Positions 1-9,106 of a stretch of 64,000 nt of DNA are shown piece by piece. Each line of letters begins with the position of its first letter. Position 1 is the stretch's first letter. The notes beneath the pieces were generated by a model. The model ran no database searches. It saw only the letters and a program-made list of their open reading frames with translations, and was not told the origin of the DNA. Location of the stretch: the NCBI GenBank assembly GCA_963696385.1, contig CAVOKF010000004.1:896001-960000 (forward strand). The letters run 5' to 3'. The DNA comes from an uncultured delta proteobacterium. GTDB taxonomy: Bacteria; Myxococcota_A; Polyangia; Polyangiales; Polyangiaceae. A program made the position numbers and the translations under genes.

Positions 1-1597
1 CGGGCAGTACCGGACTCGGTCCAAGAAATGCGCAGTCATCCCCGGGACACGGGTACGCGGCCGGCGCGACATCCAGCGTCCACTGCAACGCCTCGCCGAC
101 CAAGTCGAGCTGACCCCAGTAACCGGCGCCCAAACTCGCCGTTCCCACGGCCGCGACGGAACACGATCCGGCAGACGCCAGTGTGACGCAGCCCTGACCG
201 CAATAGATTTGCTGGCCGCAACCGAGATTGAAGTAGCCGCAAGAGCTCGGACCGCAGGCGGCGCTCGCAGAAACGCACGCGCTCGCCGCCGGGTAATCGC
301 AACTGGTGATCGCGTACTGGGGGTTCCATGCCGCCGGTTCATTGGACCCCGCATCCGTGTCGGGGCCCATCGATCCCCACGGGTACGCGCGCTCCTGGCT
401 GCCGCCCTGCGCGGCGTACGACCACTCGGTGTCGGTCGGCAAAAAGCCCCCGTCCCAGATGCAGAATGCGTACGCCTCGTACCAGTTGACCTGGGTCACC
501 GGCAAGTTCTCGGGGCTGCCGGCCGTAGTGGGCCAAAAGTCGTTCACGAGCGCATTCCAGGAAACGCCGTCGGGCGCCAGGTTCGCATCCCAGTCGGTCG
601 AATCCCATCCCGTCTCGTAGGTCACGGCGGCCCCCTGAGAGGGCGACACGCTCTCATTCACCAATCCGCGCCCCCCATGGAGGTGCGTGTGCTTGCCACT
701 CCCGCTGGCGGGCGGTGCGCCGGTGGGGCCGGTTATGTAGTTCACGTACTGCCGAAACCGACCCACGGTGACCAGATACTTATCCAGCCGAAAGCCGCTC
801 ACCGTACTCGGCGAGCCCGCCGTATCGACTGCCCCGTCCAGCGCAATCCGATAAAACGTTCCGCCCGGCACCTCCAGGCTCGTGCAGCAGCTTTCGGTGC
901 CGCTGCCACCCGAGCCACAGTCGGTCATCCCGGGCCCCCCCGGCGCACAACTCGGTGCGGCGGTCGTGGAGCCCGCGCAAGCACCGTCGGTGCAAGCGCC
1001 CGTCGCGCACGTCCACACGTTGGCCCACCCGCCGTCGGGTTCGCAAGTCTCGACGGCGTCGCCCGAGCACTGCGTTGCGCCGGTTTGGCAAGAACAGATG
1101 CCTTCTCCGGTGCATTGCGGGGCGTTGCCGGGGCACGCCACCGCATCTCCCCAATGACCGTTCGAGCCGCACGTCTGAACGCTGCTCCCCGAACACTGAG
1201 ACGCCATGGGCGTGCAGACGGGCGAGTCATCGAGGGTCGCATCCGCGATCGTCGCGGGCGCGCCGACATCCGCGGCGGCATCCCCGGCGTCCTCCGTGTC
1301 GTTGCCGGATGCACCCGCGTCCGCGGCGCCCGCCTCGGTGGGATGGGCGTCCGCGGGGAGCGGCTCCGTGTCTTCCGCGTCCTGGCTGCCGACGCTCGCG
1401 TCGCTGGCGGTGGCGCCGGAAGCACCCGAGAAACCCGCGGAGCTGGGCATGCCGACGCTCGAGTCGCCGGAGTCGGGTCCGGGGACCCAAGGTGTGCCGA
1501 GGGGGGGCGGCGGACCCGACCCAGAAGGCTCTCCCGCGACGAGACCGCAGCCGAAAAATCCCACGGCAACGGCACCGGAAACGAAAATTCGGCTCAC
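1..1597 (-). CDS. FGE-sulfatase (SUMF1/EgtB/PvdO-like) domain lipoprotein; runs off the left window edge
   Basis: Not in the ORF track because it has no stop in the window. Manual minus-strand translation from GTG 1597 gives lipobox (AVAVGFFGC), Cys-rich linker, FRLDKYLVTVGRFRQ, NLPVTQVNWYEAYAFCIWDGGFLPTDTEWSYAA and GQLDLVGE. Confidence 0.88.
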   Translation of the reverse strand, partial: MSRIFVSGAVAVGFFGCGLVAGEPSGSGPPPPLGTPWVPGPDSGDSSVGMPSSAGFSGASGATASDASVGSQDAEDTEPLPADAHPTEAGAADAGASGNDTEDAGDAAADVGAPATIADATLDDSPVCTPMASQCSGSSVQTCGSNGHWGDAVACPGNAPQCTGEGICSCQTGATQCSGDAVETCEPDGGWANVWTCATGACTDGACAGSTTAAPSCAPGGPGMTDCGSGGSGTESCCTSLEVPGGTFYRIALDGAVDTAGSPSTVSGFRLDKYLVTVGRFRQYVNYITGPTGAPPASGSGKHTHLHGGRGLVNESVSPSQGAAVTYETGWDSTDWDANLAPDGVSWNALVNDFWPTTAGSPENLPVTQVNWYEAYAFCIWDGGFLPTDTEWSYAAQGGSQERAYPWGSMGPDTDAGSNEPAAWNPQYAITSCDYPAASACVSASAACGPSSCGYFNLGCGQQIYCGQGCVTLASAGSCSVAAVGTASLGAGYWGQLDLVGEALQWTLDVAPAAYPCPGDDCAFLGPSPVLP

Positions 1598-2068
1598 CTT
1601 CGACAGTGGTTGCCAAGCAAGATGAACGGTTCAGGAAATCGTCCTCCCCCGCGGGCAGCTCGCAGGCCTCGGCGGCGTGCACTGCGAGAACTGCGACATC
1701 GTACCGGTCAAGATCGAGGGCGACGACGGTGTCCGACCCTCCTACGCGATCGATCCGGCGATCGCACAGCGGTTGTGCCGGTGGAGCGAGCGCTGGCTCC
1801 CGTGATCTGCGGGCGACTCCCCGTTTCCAGCAGCGTGCGAAATCCTCCTGAACCGCGCCATGCTTACCAGCAGGAGAAGCTCCGAACTCATCCCCACTTG
1901 CGAGACTCTGTCTCGCGCGAATCAGGTGTTACTGAATGTTTACAGTGAAGCATTCGTTCGTGGGATCCGGCGCGTTTTCCAGTTCACGACGAATGGATTC
2001 GACGCCGTTCGGGCAAGAGCCAGTGGAAGACGCGCGACTTCGTTCTATGGTATTCGCCAAGAGGCAAC

Positions 2069-2863
2069 ATGAAGTTCTCACGCCTGTCCGCCCTTTCCGT
2101 CGCCGTCGGGGCCGGCGCCGCCTTCGCCTGCGGCGGCGGTGACACCTCGACCCCGAACTCGCAAGGCGGCACCGACAGCTCCGAGTCTGCCTCGACCTCG
2201 TCTGCAGATCTCTCGACGGCCGTCAGCGCAGGCCAAGCCGGCGCCGCGAAAAGCGATGCCGGCACGAGCACGCCGGGCCCCGACACAAAGACGTTCGGAA
2301 GCTCGGTCGACGCCAGTGCTGCGACCGGCAGTGCCGCCGCGAGCACGTCGAGCTCCACCGCAACGAGCGCGGAGGCAGAGCCGAGTTCCTCCAGCACGAG
2401 CCACGTGGCGAGCTCCTCGTCGTCCGCGTCGGCAGCAAGTTCCGCAAGTTCCGCGAGCACGGCCGCCGGATCGAGCAGCGGGACCCCAATACCCTTGGTC
2501 TCCTTTCAAACCGACGTTTATCCCATTCTCCTCGCAAACTGCGGAATGACGTGCCACGCGACGGGCGATTCGTCGAATGGCATGTTAACATTGGGCACAA
2601 GCTTCGGCTATTTGGCAGTGTGGGAGGAGCTGCTGACGAAGGGTGCCATGGGGAACGCGCCCGATACGACCTGCGAAGAGGCCTACGTCATCAACCTGGC
2701 TCCGGTGGACCAGAATCCGGCGGGAAGTCTGCTCTACCAAAAAATTACCGGAGTCGGGATCCCCGCCGGGTGCGGCGTCCAAATGCCCAAAGGTGGGCCT
2801 TATCTGAGCGCCGCGGACCAAGAGACGATCAAAAACTGGATTCTGGACAACGACCCCCTCTAA
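2069..2863 (+). CDS. Lipoprotein with Ser/Ala-rich linker and C-terminal c-type cytochrome-like domain
   Basis: Lipobox AAFAC. VSFQTDVYPILLANCGMTCH (CX3CH), SLLYQKI, QMPKGGPYLS...IKNWI (putative distal Met). Confidence 0.75.
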   Translation: MKFSRLSALSVAVGAGAAFACGGGDTSTPNSQGGTDSSESASTSSADLSTAVSAGQAGAAKSDAGTSTPGPDTKTFGSSVDASAATGSAAASTSSSTATSAEAEPSSSSTSHVASSSSSASAASSASSASTAAGSSSGTPIPLVSFQTDVYPILLANCGMTCHATGDSSNGMLTLGTSFGYLAVWEELLTKGAMGNAPDTTCEEAYVINLAPVDQNPAGSLLYQKITGVGIPAGCGVQMPKGGPYLSAADQETIKNWILDNDPL

Positions 2864-2957
2864 CCTCCTCACCGCGCAATGCGAGCGTGCATATAAAGAA
2901 TACGGCCGAACGGCCGTACCCTACGCCGGTAACGGCAGGATCCTGCCCTCGGGTCGG

Positions 2958-4364
2958 TCACGGCCTTCTGGCGCAGCGCACGCCGATGAGGCCGTAGCGG
3001 TCCGACGGGAGGCTGAAGTTGCGGGCCGGGCAAAACAAGAACAGCGCGAGGTAGTTGAACTCGCTGCCCCGGACCACGCGGCCGGTGGCCGCCGTAACAT
3101 CGGCGCAATCGACGCACGGATCGGTGTACGACGCGTACCAGTCCACGTTCCACTGCCAGATGTTCCCGGCCAGATCCAGCTGACCCCAGAGCCCGGCACC
3201 GAGCGTGGCGGTTCCCACCGGCGCGACGTTCGTCACTCCAGTGCAGGGCGCCAGAGTGCCGGTCGGCCAGTAGCAATTTCCTTCTGCGTCACCGTAAATG
3301 GCGTACTGATTCGAACTTCCCGGATCGGCGGTCCCCCACGGGTACTCCCGCTGTTGGATGCCGCCCGCCGCGGCGTATTCCCACTCGGCCTCGCTCGGCA
3401 AAAAACCCCCGTCCCAGATGCAAAACGCATACGCCTCGTACCAGTTCACGCAGTCGATCGGCAGATTTTCCTGGCTGCCGGCCGCGCTCGTCCACGTCGC
3501 GAACGTCGAGGAGCAGGCGAGGTTCGCATCCGTCGGGTCGATATTGCTATCGTCCGCCGCGACCCAGCCCGGCTCAGTTCCTCCACCGCCACCGCTGTTC
3601 GCAAGGCCCAGCCCCCCGTTGAGGTGCGTGTGCTTGCCGGCGGCCGGCGTTGGAGTCCAGCCGGCGTTCCACGCCGCCACGAACTGACGGAATCGACCCA
3701 CGGTCACGTCGTATTTGTCCAGACGAAAGCTGCTGACCGTGGCGGGGTCCGCCTCGCCGGTCGGACCGCCGTCCGCAGCGAGCGTTACCGTGGAGCCGCC
3801 GTCGGCAGCGAGGCCGACGGAATCGTAGGTTCGGTCGTAGGTTCCGCCCGTCACGGCCAAGCTCGTGCAACAGCTCTCGCTCGCCGCGCCGCAGTTCATG
3901 AGCCCCGGCCCGCCGGGGGCGCAGCTCGGCGGTTCGGTAGAACAGGCTCCTCGGAGGCAAAAAGGCGAGGGGGCGCTGCACGGTGAGCCGCTCTGCCACC
4001 GGCCGCCCACGCACGTCTCCGGCGTGTCGTCGCTGCACTGAAGGGCACCCGCTTCGCAGGCCGCTGAGCTCTGCTCACCCGCATCGACGGTTGCCCCATC
4101 GCCGCCGTCCGCCGGGCCGGCCTCGACGAAGCCCACGCTTGCCACGGGTGCCGCATCGTGGTGCGCGGAGCCTTCCGCGACGGTCATGCCGTTCTCGGTC
4201 GAGCCCTCTACGACCTTCGCATCGACGTCGCCGCCGGCGTCGTTCGGTCGGGTCCCGACACCGGAGGCATCCGGCAGCCCGTCGATGAAATCTGCCGCCT
4301 GTCCACAACCGGCCGCGACCGACAGAGCGGCGACGATGGCCAGTGAGGTCGCTGGTGAATGCAT
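2958..4364 (-). CDS. FGE-sulfatase domain lipoprotein (paralog of the first gene)
   Basis: Start re-set to ATG 4364 (MHSPATSLAIVAALSVAAGC lipobox). FRLDKYDVTVGRF, NLPIDCVNWYEAYAFC, LPSEAEWEYAA, DLAGNIWQW, GVRCAR. Confidence 0.9.
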   Translation of the reverse strand: MHSPATSLAIVAALSVAAGCGQAADFIDGLPDASGVGTRPNDAGGDVDAKVVEGSTENGMTVAEGSAHHDAAPVASVGFVEAGPADGGDGATVDAGEQSSAACEAGALQCSDDTPETCVGGRWQSGSPCSAPSPFCLRGACSTEPPSCAPGGPGLMNCGAASESCCTSLAVTGGTYDRTYDSVGLAADGGSTVTLAADGGPTGEADPATVSSFRLDKYDVTVGRFRQFVAAWNAGWTPTPAAGKHTHLNGGLGLANSGGGGGTEPGWVAADDSNIDPTDANLACSSTFATWTSAAGSQENLPIDCVNWYEAYAFCIWDGGFLPSEAEWEYAAAGGIQQREYPWGTADPGSSNQYAIYGDAEGNCYWPTGTLAPCTGVTNVAPVGTATLGAGLWGQLDLAGNIWQWNVDWYASYTDPCVDCADVTAATGRVVRGSEFNYLALFLFCPARNFSLPSDRYGLIGVRCARRP

Positions 4365-4607
4365 CGCGTGTGGATTCAATCCGGGGACCCGGGCCAGCGT
4401 GGCGCCCCGGCAGCATACCGTGTCCGCCGGCGCGATTCGACGATGACAAATCGCGACGGCCAACGCTTCGACCGTTGGGGCCTCACGCTACGCGAGCCCA
4501 AATAGGGCCTGCCGGTCGACGAAGAGGCCGGCGAGACGGCGAGGTACCGTAGGCAGATGCCTTCGGGGCGTTCGTTGTCGCCGGAAGCGCCGTCCCCATG
4601 GAGCGCG

Positions 4608-5633
4608 CTACCGACGCAGCGGGGTCGCCCCGGTGGATCCGCGCGCAAACGACCGCCTGTACCCCCCCGGCGTGGTTCCGAGAATCCGCGCAAAGTGGTC
4701 GCGCAGCACCGTCGACGACCGGAGGCCAACGGCCGTCGCCACTTCCTCAATGGATCCGTTCGTTGTCTCGAGCAGGCGCTGAGCACGCGCGACGCGGGCG
4801 CGCGCAATCCAGGCCGCGGGCGTCTCTCCGACCTGCTCATGAAAACGTCGACAGAGCGTGCGAGTACTCATGGCTGCGCGCCGAGCGAGGGCTGGGAGCG
4901 ATAGGTCGCCGGTCAGATGGCTCTCAATCCACTCGGTCAGCCTCCCGATGGCGGTGCCCGTCTCGCTCGGCGGTTCGTAGGCGATGAATTGGGCCTGCCC
5001 ACCGGCTCGTTCGAGAGGCATGACCACGGCTCGCGCCGTCCGGGCCGCGGTCTCCGCGCCGAGATCGCGCCGCACCAGATAGAGGCAGAGATCGAGACCC
5101 GCAGCAGCCCCGGCGGACGTCAGAATCTGGCCGTTGTCGATGTACAGTACGTTTGCATCGACTGCGATGCGAGGATGGCGACGCGCGAACTCTGACGCGA
5201 CGAGCCAGTGCGTTGTGGCCCGCAGTCCGTCGAGCGCGCCCGTGGAAGCCAGCACGAAGGCCCCGGTGCAGATGGACGCCACGCGAGCCCCCCGCCGGAT
5301 GGCTGCACGAATCGCCCTCGTCACGTCGTCGGGGATGGGGCGATCGAGATCGTCGACGCCGGGTACGATGATCGTGTCGGCTCGCGTCAGCAGCGACAGG
5401 CGCCAAGGCACCTGCAACGAGACGTGCTCCGCGACCACCTTAGGGCGCTCGCTGCACACCCGAAGCTCGTAGGCAGGCGCGCCGCCGGGCATTCGAACGC
5501 GAGCAAGAACCTCGCAGGGCGTGAAGAGGTCGGCGAGGACAACGCCGTCGAAGGCGAGGACAGCGACGAGGTGTGGTTTGAAAGGCCGACGCCGATTTGG
5601 CGTAGATCTTTCGAAGAGTGTCTTTGCAGCCAC
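4608..5633 (-). CDS. GlxA/FtrA-type AraC family regulator (DJ-1/PfpI domain + AraC HTH)
   Basis: VASICTGAFVLA, ATTHW, ILTSAG, RAGGQAQF and a C-terminal double HTH. Confidence 0.92.
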   Translation of the reverse strand: MAAKTLFERSTPNRRRPFKPHLVAVLAFDGVVLADLFTPCEVLARVRMPGGAPAYELRVCSERPKVVAEHVSLQVPWRLSLLTRADTIIVPGVDDLDRPIPDDVTRAIRAAIRRGARVASICTGAFVLASTGALDGLRATTHWLVASEFARRHPRIAVDANVLYIDNGQILTSAGAAAGLDLCLYLVRRDLGAETAARTARAVVMPLERAGGQAQFIAYEPPSETGTAIGRLTEWIESHLTGDLSLPALARRAAMSTRTLCRRFHEQVGETPAAWIARARVARAQRLLETTNGSIEEVATAVGLRSSTVLRDHFARILGTTPGGYRRSFARGSTGATPLRR

Positions 5634-5667
5634 TCGGCAAGTATGACCGAAGCTGTAGGTCTACAAC

Positions 5668-6093
5668 ATGCACCGCGCTCTCCCCACGCACGCCGCGGAC
5701 TACTTGGGCCCCGTCGTAGGGGGGCTCGTGTTCGTCCTGCTCATGTCCCTCCTGAGGGAGCCGACCCGCCGAGACTTCAACGCCATCTTCGTAGGTGGCG
5801 CGATGGGCGCCTACATCAGCGGCGGCCTGGGTCTCTGGGAGCTCGCCTTTGCCGTCGCCGGCAGCGTCGTCGCGTTCCGAGGTCTCCGAGACGTTCGCTT
5901 CATCGGTGTCGCCTGGCTCATGCACTCGGCGTGGGACCTCGTTCACCACTTCTTCGCGAACCCAATCTGGCCGTTCATGGAGACCTCGTCCTTCGGGTGC
6001 TGCGTCTTCGACGCGGTCATCTCGGCTTGGTTCTTCGCAGGTGCCCCCTCCCTGCTTCAAACCCTGAGCACGCGCGGCCGCCCTCCACGGTGA
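5668..6093 (+). CDS. Small membrane protein (DUF6010-like), divergent from the AraC regulator
   Basis: Hydrophobic 141 aa ORF with WLMHSAWDLVHH and FGCCVFD motifs. Confidence 0.7.
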   Translation: MHRALPTHAADYLGPVVGGLVFVLLMSLLREPTRRDFNAIFVGGAMGAYISGGLGLWELAFAVAGSVVAFRGLRDVRFIGVAWLMHSAWDLVHHFFANPIWPFMETSSFGCCVFDAVISAWFFAGAPSLLQTLSTRGRPPR

Positions 6094-6145
6094 GCGTCAG
6101 ACCCCTCGAACGAGACGCGGGGGACGCTCGCCACGCTCGCCGTCC

Positions 6146-6805
6146 CTATGGGCGGATCGAAAGCGAGCGAGCCCCTACGAATGCGCCGATACCGGCGAGC
6201 CAAAGCACCGGCAGCACGTGACCGATCAGCATATGGGCGGGTCGCGCGAATGCGCAGATGACCACCAGAAGCGCGGCGCCCCAGGTCCCGGCTGCGACCC
6301 CGAGCGCCGCTCCGCTTAGACGTGGGTGGATCGGTTCGCTTTCTCGGCGTACTCGAGCGAACGCGAGAAGCGGTCCCAGAGCGAGAAGGAACGTGACGAG
6401 CGTGCAGCGAGCGTCCTCATAACCGCCGGACGCGTCCTGGAGCGCAGCGGGCCAGATCCGACCGGCCAAAAGGCCCGTCAGCGCCAGCGCGAGGGGGGTC
6501 ACCATCACTACCGCGATCCTCGCGAACGCCGAGCGACCGAGCATCGATCGGCCCCTACCGACGCCGGCCCACGTGGCCCCGACCGCGAGGACCCACCATG
6601 ACGCGGCCAGCGCAACGATGTACGCGGACGGGCGTCGGCCCGGGTGGGCGCCTATGGCCAAGGCTGTGAGAGCGAGCGCCACGAACCCCAGCGCTATCGT
6701 GAACGCACGGCGCCGTGCCCCGTGCGCGCGCGACCGCGCCGGCTCGCGCCGAGCCGCTTCGAGCACCCGGGCGCGCAGCTCGGACGGAGGAGAGGGCGAA
6801 GTCAC
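6146..6805 (-). CDS. NrsF/DUF1109-like multi-TM anti-sigma factor
   Basis: GTG start overlaps the sigma stop (GTGA). About 6 TM segments with conserved-looking Cys (ARCT, VICA) and HMLIGHVLP. Confidence 0.72.
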   Translation of the reverse strand: MTSPSPPSELRARVLEAARREPARSRAHGARRRAFTIALGFVALALTALAIGAHPGRRPSAYIVALAASWWVLAVGATWAGVGRGRSMLGRSAFARIAVVMVTPLALALTGLLAGRIWPAALQDASGGYEDARCTLVTFLLALGPLLAFARVRRESEPIHPRLSGAALGVAAGTWGAALLVVICAFARPAHMLIGHVLPVLWLAGIGAFVGARSLSIRP

Positions 6806-7374
6806 GGCTCTTTTCCTCCGACGCGTGCCAGGACGTCGCCCAAGGTCGTACGCAATGCTTCGTACGCCCGATGCGCGCGAAGCTTCACGGCCGCCACGGT
6901 CGTTCCGAGAACCTGGGCGGCCTCGGCTACGGTAAGCCCCTCCTGCTTGATCAGCTCGAACGCCACGCGCTGCGACCGGGGCAGCTTCGAGAGAGCGCCT
7001 TGGACCCGGTCGGCCAGTTCGCGCGCGTGGACCCACTCCTCCGCGCCGGGGGCCTCCGAGGCGCGTCCACTGGGCTCGCCATCGGCCGAGAGCAACTCGC
7101 GGCGCCCCCGGCGTACGCCGTCGACGACCAGACGCCTGGCGATGGCAAAGGCCCACGGGGTCACTTCCGCACCGGGAATGAAACGATCACGCGCCCGGTG
7201 GATGTGCAACATCGTCTGCTGGAGCAGGTCTTCGGCGCATCCGCGATCGCGTGTCTGTCGGAGCAGGAAGGGATAGAGCCGCGGCGCGAGCGCATCGTAA
7301 ACGAGGGCAAATGCCGAATCATCCCCCCTCGAGTACCGCTCCATAGCGGCGTCAGCGTCCGCGCACGGGTGCAC
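6802..7374 (-). CDS. ECF RNA polymerase sigma factor
   Basis: 3' part of the 707 aa ORF. Region 2 AEDLLQQTMLHIHRAR...WAFAIARR; region 4 LPRSQRVAFEL...AVKLRAHRAYEALR. Start GTG 7374 or ATG 7344. Confidence 0.92.
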   Translation of the reverse strand: MHPCADADAAMERYSRGDDSAFALVYDALAPRLYPFLLRQTRDRGCAEDLLQQTMLHIHRARDRFIPGAEVTPWAFAIARRLVVDGVRRGRRELLSADGEPSGRASEAPGAEEWVHARELADRVQGALSKLPRSQRVAFELIKQEGLTVAEAAQVLGTTVAAVKLRAHRAYEALRTTLGDVLARVGGKEP

Positions 7375-7571
7375 TCGGCTGCTTGTATCACGTTCGGCTT
7401 GTTCGATGCACAGCGGCCCGGCGGAGGCGGACGCGGTTGCATGCATCGACTCGGCACTACGCAGTGCGAGTCGCTGTGGTTTCAGTGCCCGTCGGCCGTC
7501 ATCGACGGCCCGGAACGTCGCCAAGCGCCTCGCCCCGGCGTCTTCGGCGGGGCGCCCGGTGCGGTGTTTCC

Positions 7572-7597
7572 GAAACTTATCCGTGGCAAGCGGCGTA
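7572..7597 (+). promoter_or_regulatory. Candidate ECF promoter for the globin lipoprotein gene
   Basis: GAAACT-N16-CGTA about 57 bp upstream of ATG 7654; fits the general ECF AAC(-35)/CGT(-10) pattern. Confidence 0.45.
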
Positions 7598-7653
7598 TTC
7601 CCGCTCGCTGCCGAGAAAAGCATCTTTTTTCGGACGGCACGCGGAGGTTTGTC

Positions 7654-8919
7654 ATGCGCAAGAAAAATGAGCCGACATTTCCAATCACCCTTCCGATGGC
7701 CCTGGTGCTGACGGCATGCTCGAGTAGCTCGAGCGGGGGTCCGAGCGATGCGTCCGCTGTAGGAACAACGGTCGACGCGAGCCATTCGACCGACGGCGGA
7801 CCGGGCGACAGCGGCACGGACGGTGACCCATGCGCCCAGGGGACGCTCTATTCGCGGCTCGGAGGCCATGCGGGCATTCGTTCCGCGGTCAATGCGGTGG
7901 TGGCCGGAGAATTGGGGGACACGGACATCAAGTCGTATTTCTTCAATCAGCTCGAGACGCCGGTCCCTTCCACGAGCCCCACCGCCGGGGAGATCGAAGA
8001 GTGTTTGACCGATCAGCTCGGCGCAGCTGCCGGCGGTCCTGAAGTGTATCCACCCGTCGGCGGCGCGTACGACGACGGCGGAGGCAACTTTGGAGGCCCG
8101 GCCGGGACATGGATGTGCCGCGATATGGCGACCATTCACCAGAGTTTGCTGATATCCGGGGGCACGTTCGACAAGTTCATGACCATCGCCGGCGGTGTGC
8201 TCACCGCCGCAAACGTCTGTCCGAGCGATATCGCGGCGGTCGCCGGTGTGCTCACGAGCGCGCGGTCGAGCGTGGTGTACGCGCCTCTCGCCGACGCGGG
8301 CTATCAAGCCTATCCAGGAGACGCCGGTGCGAACTCGTCCGCCGTGGGAACAACGGTCGACGCGAGCGCAACCGACGGCGGACCGGGCGACAGCGGCACG
8401 GACGGTGACCCATGCGCCCAGGGGACGCTCTATTCGCGGCTCGGAGGCCATGCGGGCATTCGTTCCGCGGTCAATGCGGTGGTGGCCGGAGAATTGGGGG
8501 ACACGGACATCAAGTCGTATTTCTTCAATCAGCTCAAGACGCCGGTCCCTTCCACGAGCCCCACCGCCGGGGAGATCGAAGAGTGTTTGACCGATCAGCT
8601 CGGCGCAGCTGCCGGCGGTCCTGAAGTGTATCCACCCGTCGGCGGCGCGTACGACGACGGCGGAGGCAACTTTGGAGGCCCGGCCGGGACATGGATGTGC
8701 CGCGATATGGCGACCATTCACCAGAGTTTGCTGATATCCGGGGGCACGTTCGACAAGTTCGTGACCATCGCCGGCGGTGTGCTCACCGCCGCAAACGTCT
8801 GTCCGAGCGATATCGCGGCGGTCGCCGGTGTGCTCACGAGCGCGCGGTCGAGCGTGGTGTACGCGCCTCTCGCCGACGCGGGCTATCAAGCCTATCCAGG
8901 AGACGCCGGTGGTAACTAA
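7654..8919 (+). CDS. Lipoprotein with two tandem group I truncated hemoglobin (2/2 globin) domains
   Basis: GGAGG RBS, lipobox LVLTAC. Each domain has TLYSRLGG (AB GG motif), SYFF (CD1), AAAGGPEVY (EF GG motif), MATIHQSL (proximal His F8) and TFDKF. Confidence 0.85.
   Translation: MRKKNEPTFPITLPMALVLTACSSSSSGGPSDASAVGTTVDASHSTDGGPGDSGTDGDPCAQGTLYSRLGGHAGIRSAVNAVVAGELGDTDIKSYFFNQLETPVPSTSPTAGEIEECLTDQLGAAAGGPEVYPPVGGAYDDGGGNFGGPAGTWMCRDMATIHQSLLISGGTFDKFMTIAGGVLTAANVCPSDIAAVAGVLTSARSSVVYAPLADAGYQAYPGDAGANSSAVGTTVDASATDGGPGDSGTDGDPCAQGTLYSRLGGHAGIRSAVNAVVAGELGDTDIKSYFFNQLKTPVPSTSPTAGEIEECLTDQLGAAAGGPEVYPPVGGAYDDGGGNFGGPAGTWMCRDMATIHQSLLISGGTFDKFVTIAGGVLTAANVCPSDIAAVAGVLTSARSSVVYAPLADAGYQAYPGDAGGN
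7789..8911 (+). repeat. Near-perfect intragenic tandem duplication (7789-8329 and 8371-8911, offset 582 bp)
   Basis: Two 541-bp copies. By eye only two differences (GAG/AAG E>K and ATG/GTG M>V). Confidence 0.93.
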
Positions 8920-9087
8920 GTACACCGCCCCAGAGCCAAGGGATCAGCCGGGCGGTGTACTTCAAGCGCCGGGAGGCGATGGGGGGGTTGGGGCGAAGCC
9001 CCAAGGAAGTCATCTTAGTACAGCGCAAGCCTGCAACGCAGGCATACCCAGCGCAGCGGGGTACCGTTCAACGGGGCGCTGTACGAA
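8918..9087. repeat. Cluster of inverted repeats (MITE/REP-like)
   Basis: AAGTACACCGCCC (8918-8930) / GGGCGGTGTACTT (8950-8962); TTGGGGC-GAA-GCCCCAA (8988-9004); GTACAGCGC (9018-9026) / GCGCTGTAC (9076-9084). Confidence 0.7.
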
Positions 9088-9106
9088 CAAGGGTGTCGCG
9101 ACTTGG

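Noticed and set aside
1927..1944. TGTTAC-N6-TTTACA dyad (TyrR-box-like) in a divergent intergenic region
   Set aside because: Imperfect single site with no cognate regulator; could be chance
1..4364. Diversity-generating retroelement targeting the FGE/CLec genes
   Set aside because: No reverse transcriptase and no adenine-specific TR/VR repeat pair seen; the similarity is ordinary paralogy
6802..8925. 707-aa ECF sigma with a long repeated N-terminal extension
   Set aside because: The extension is the antisense of the globin gene; the sigma starts near 7374
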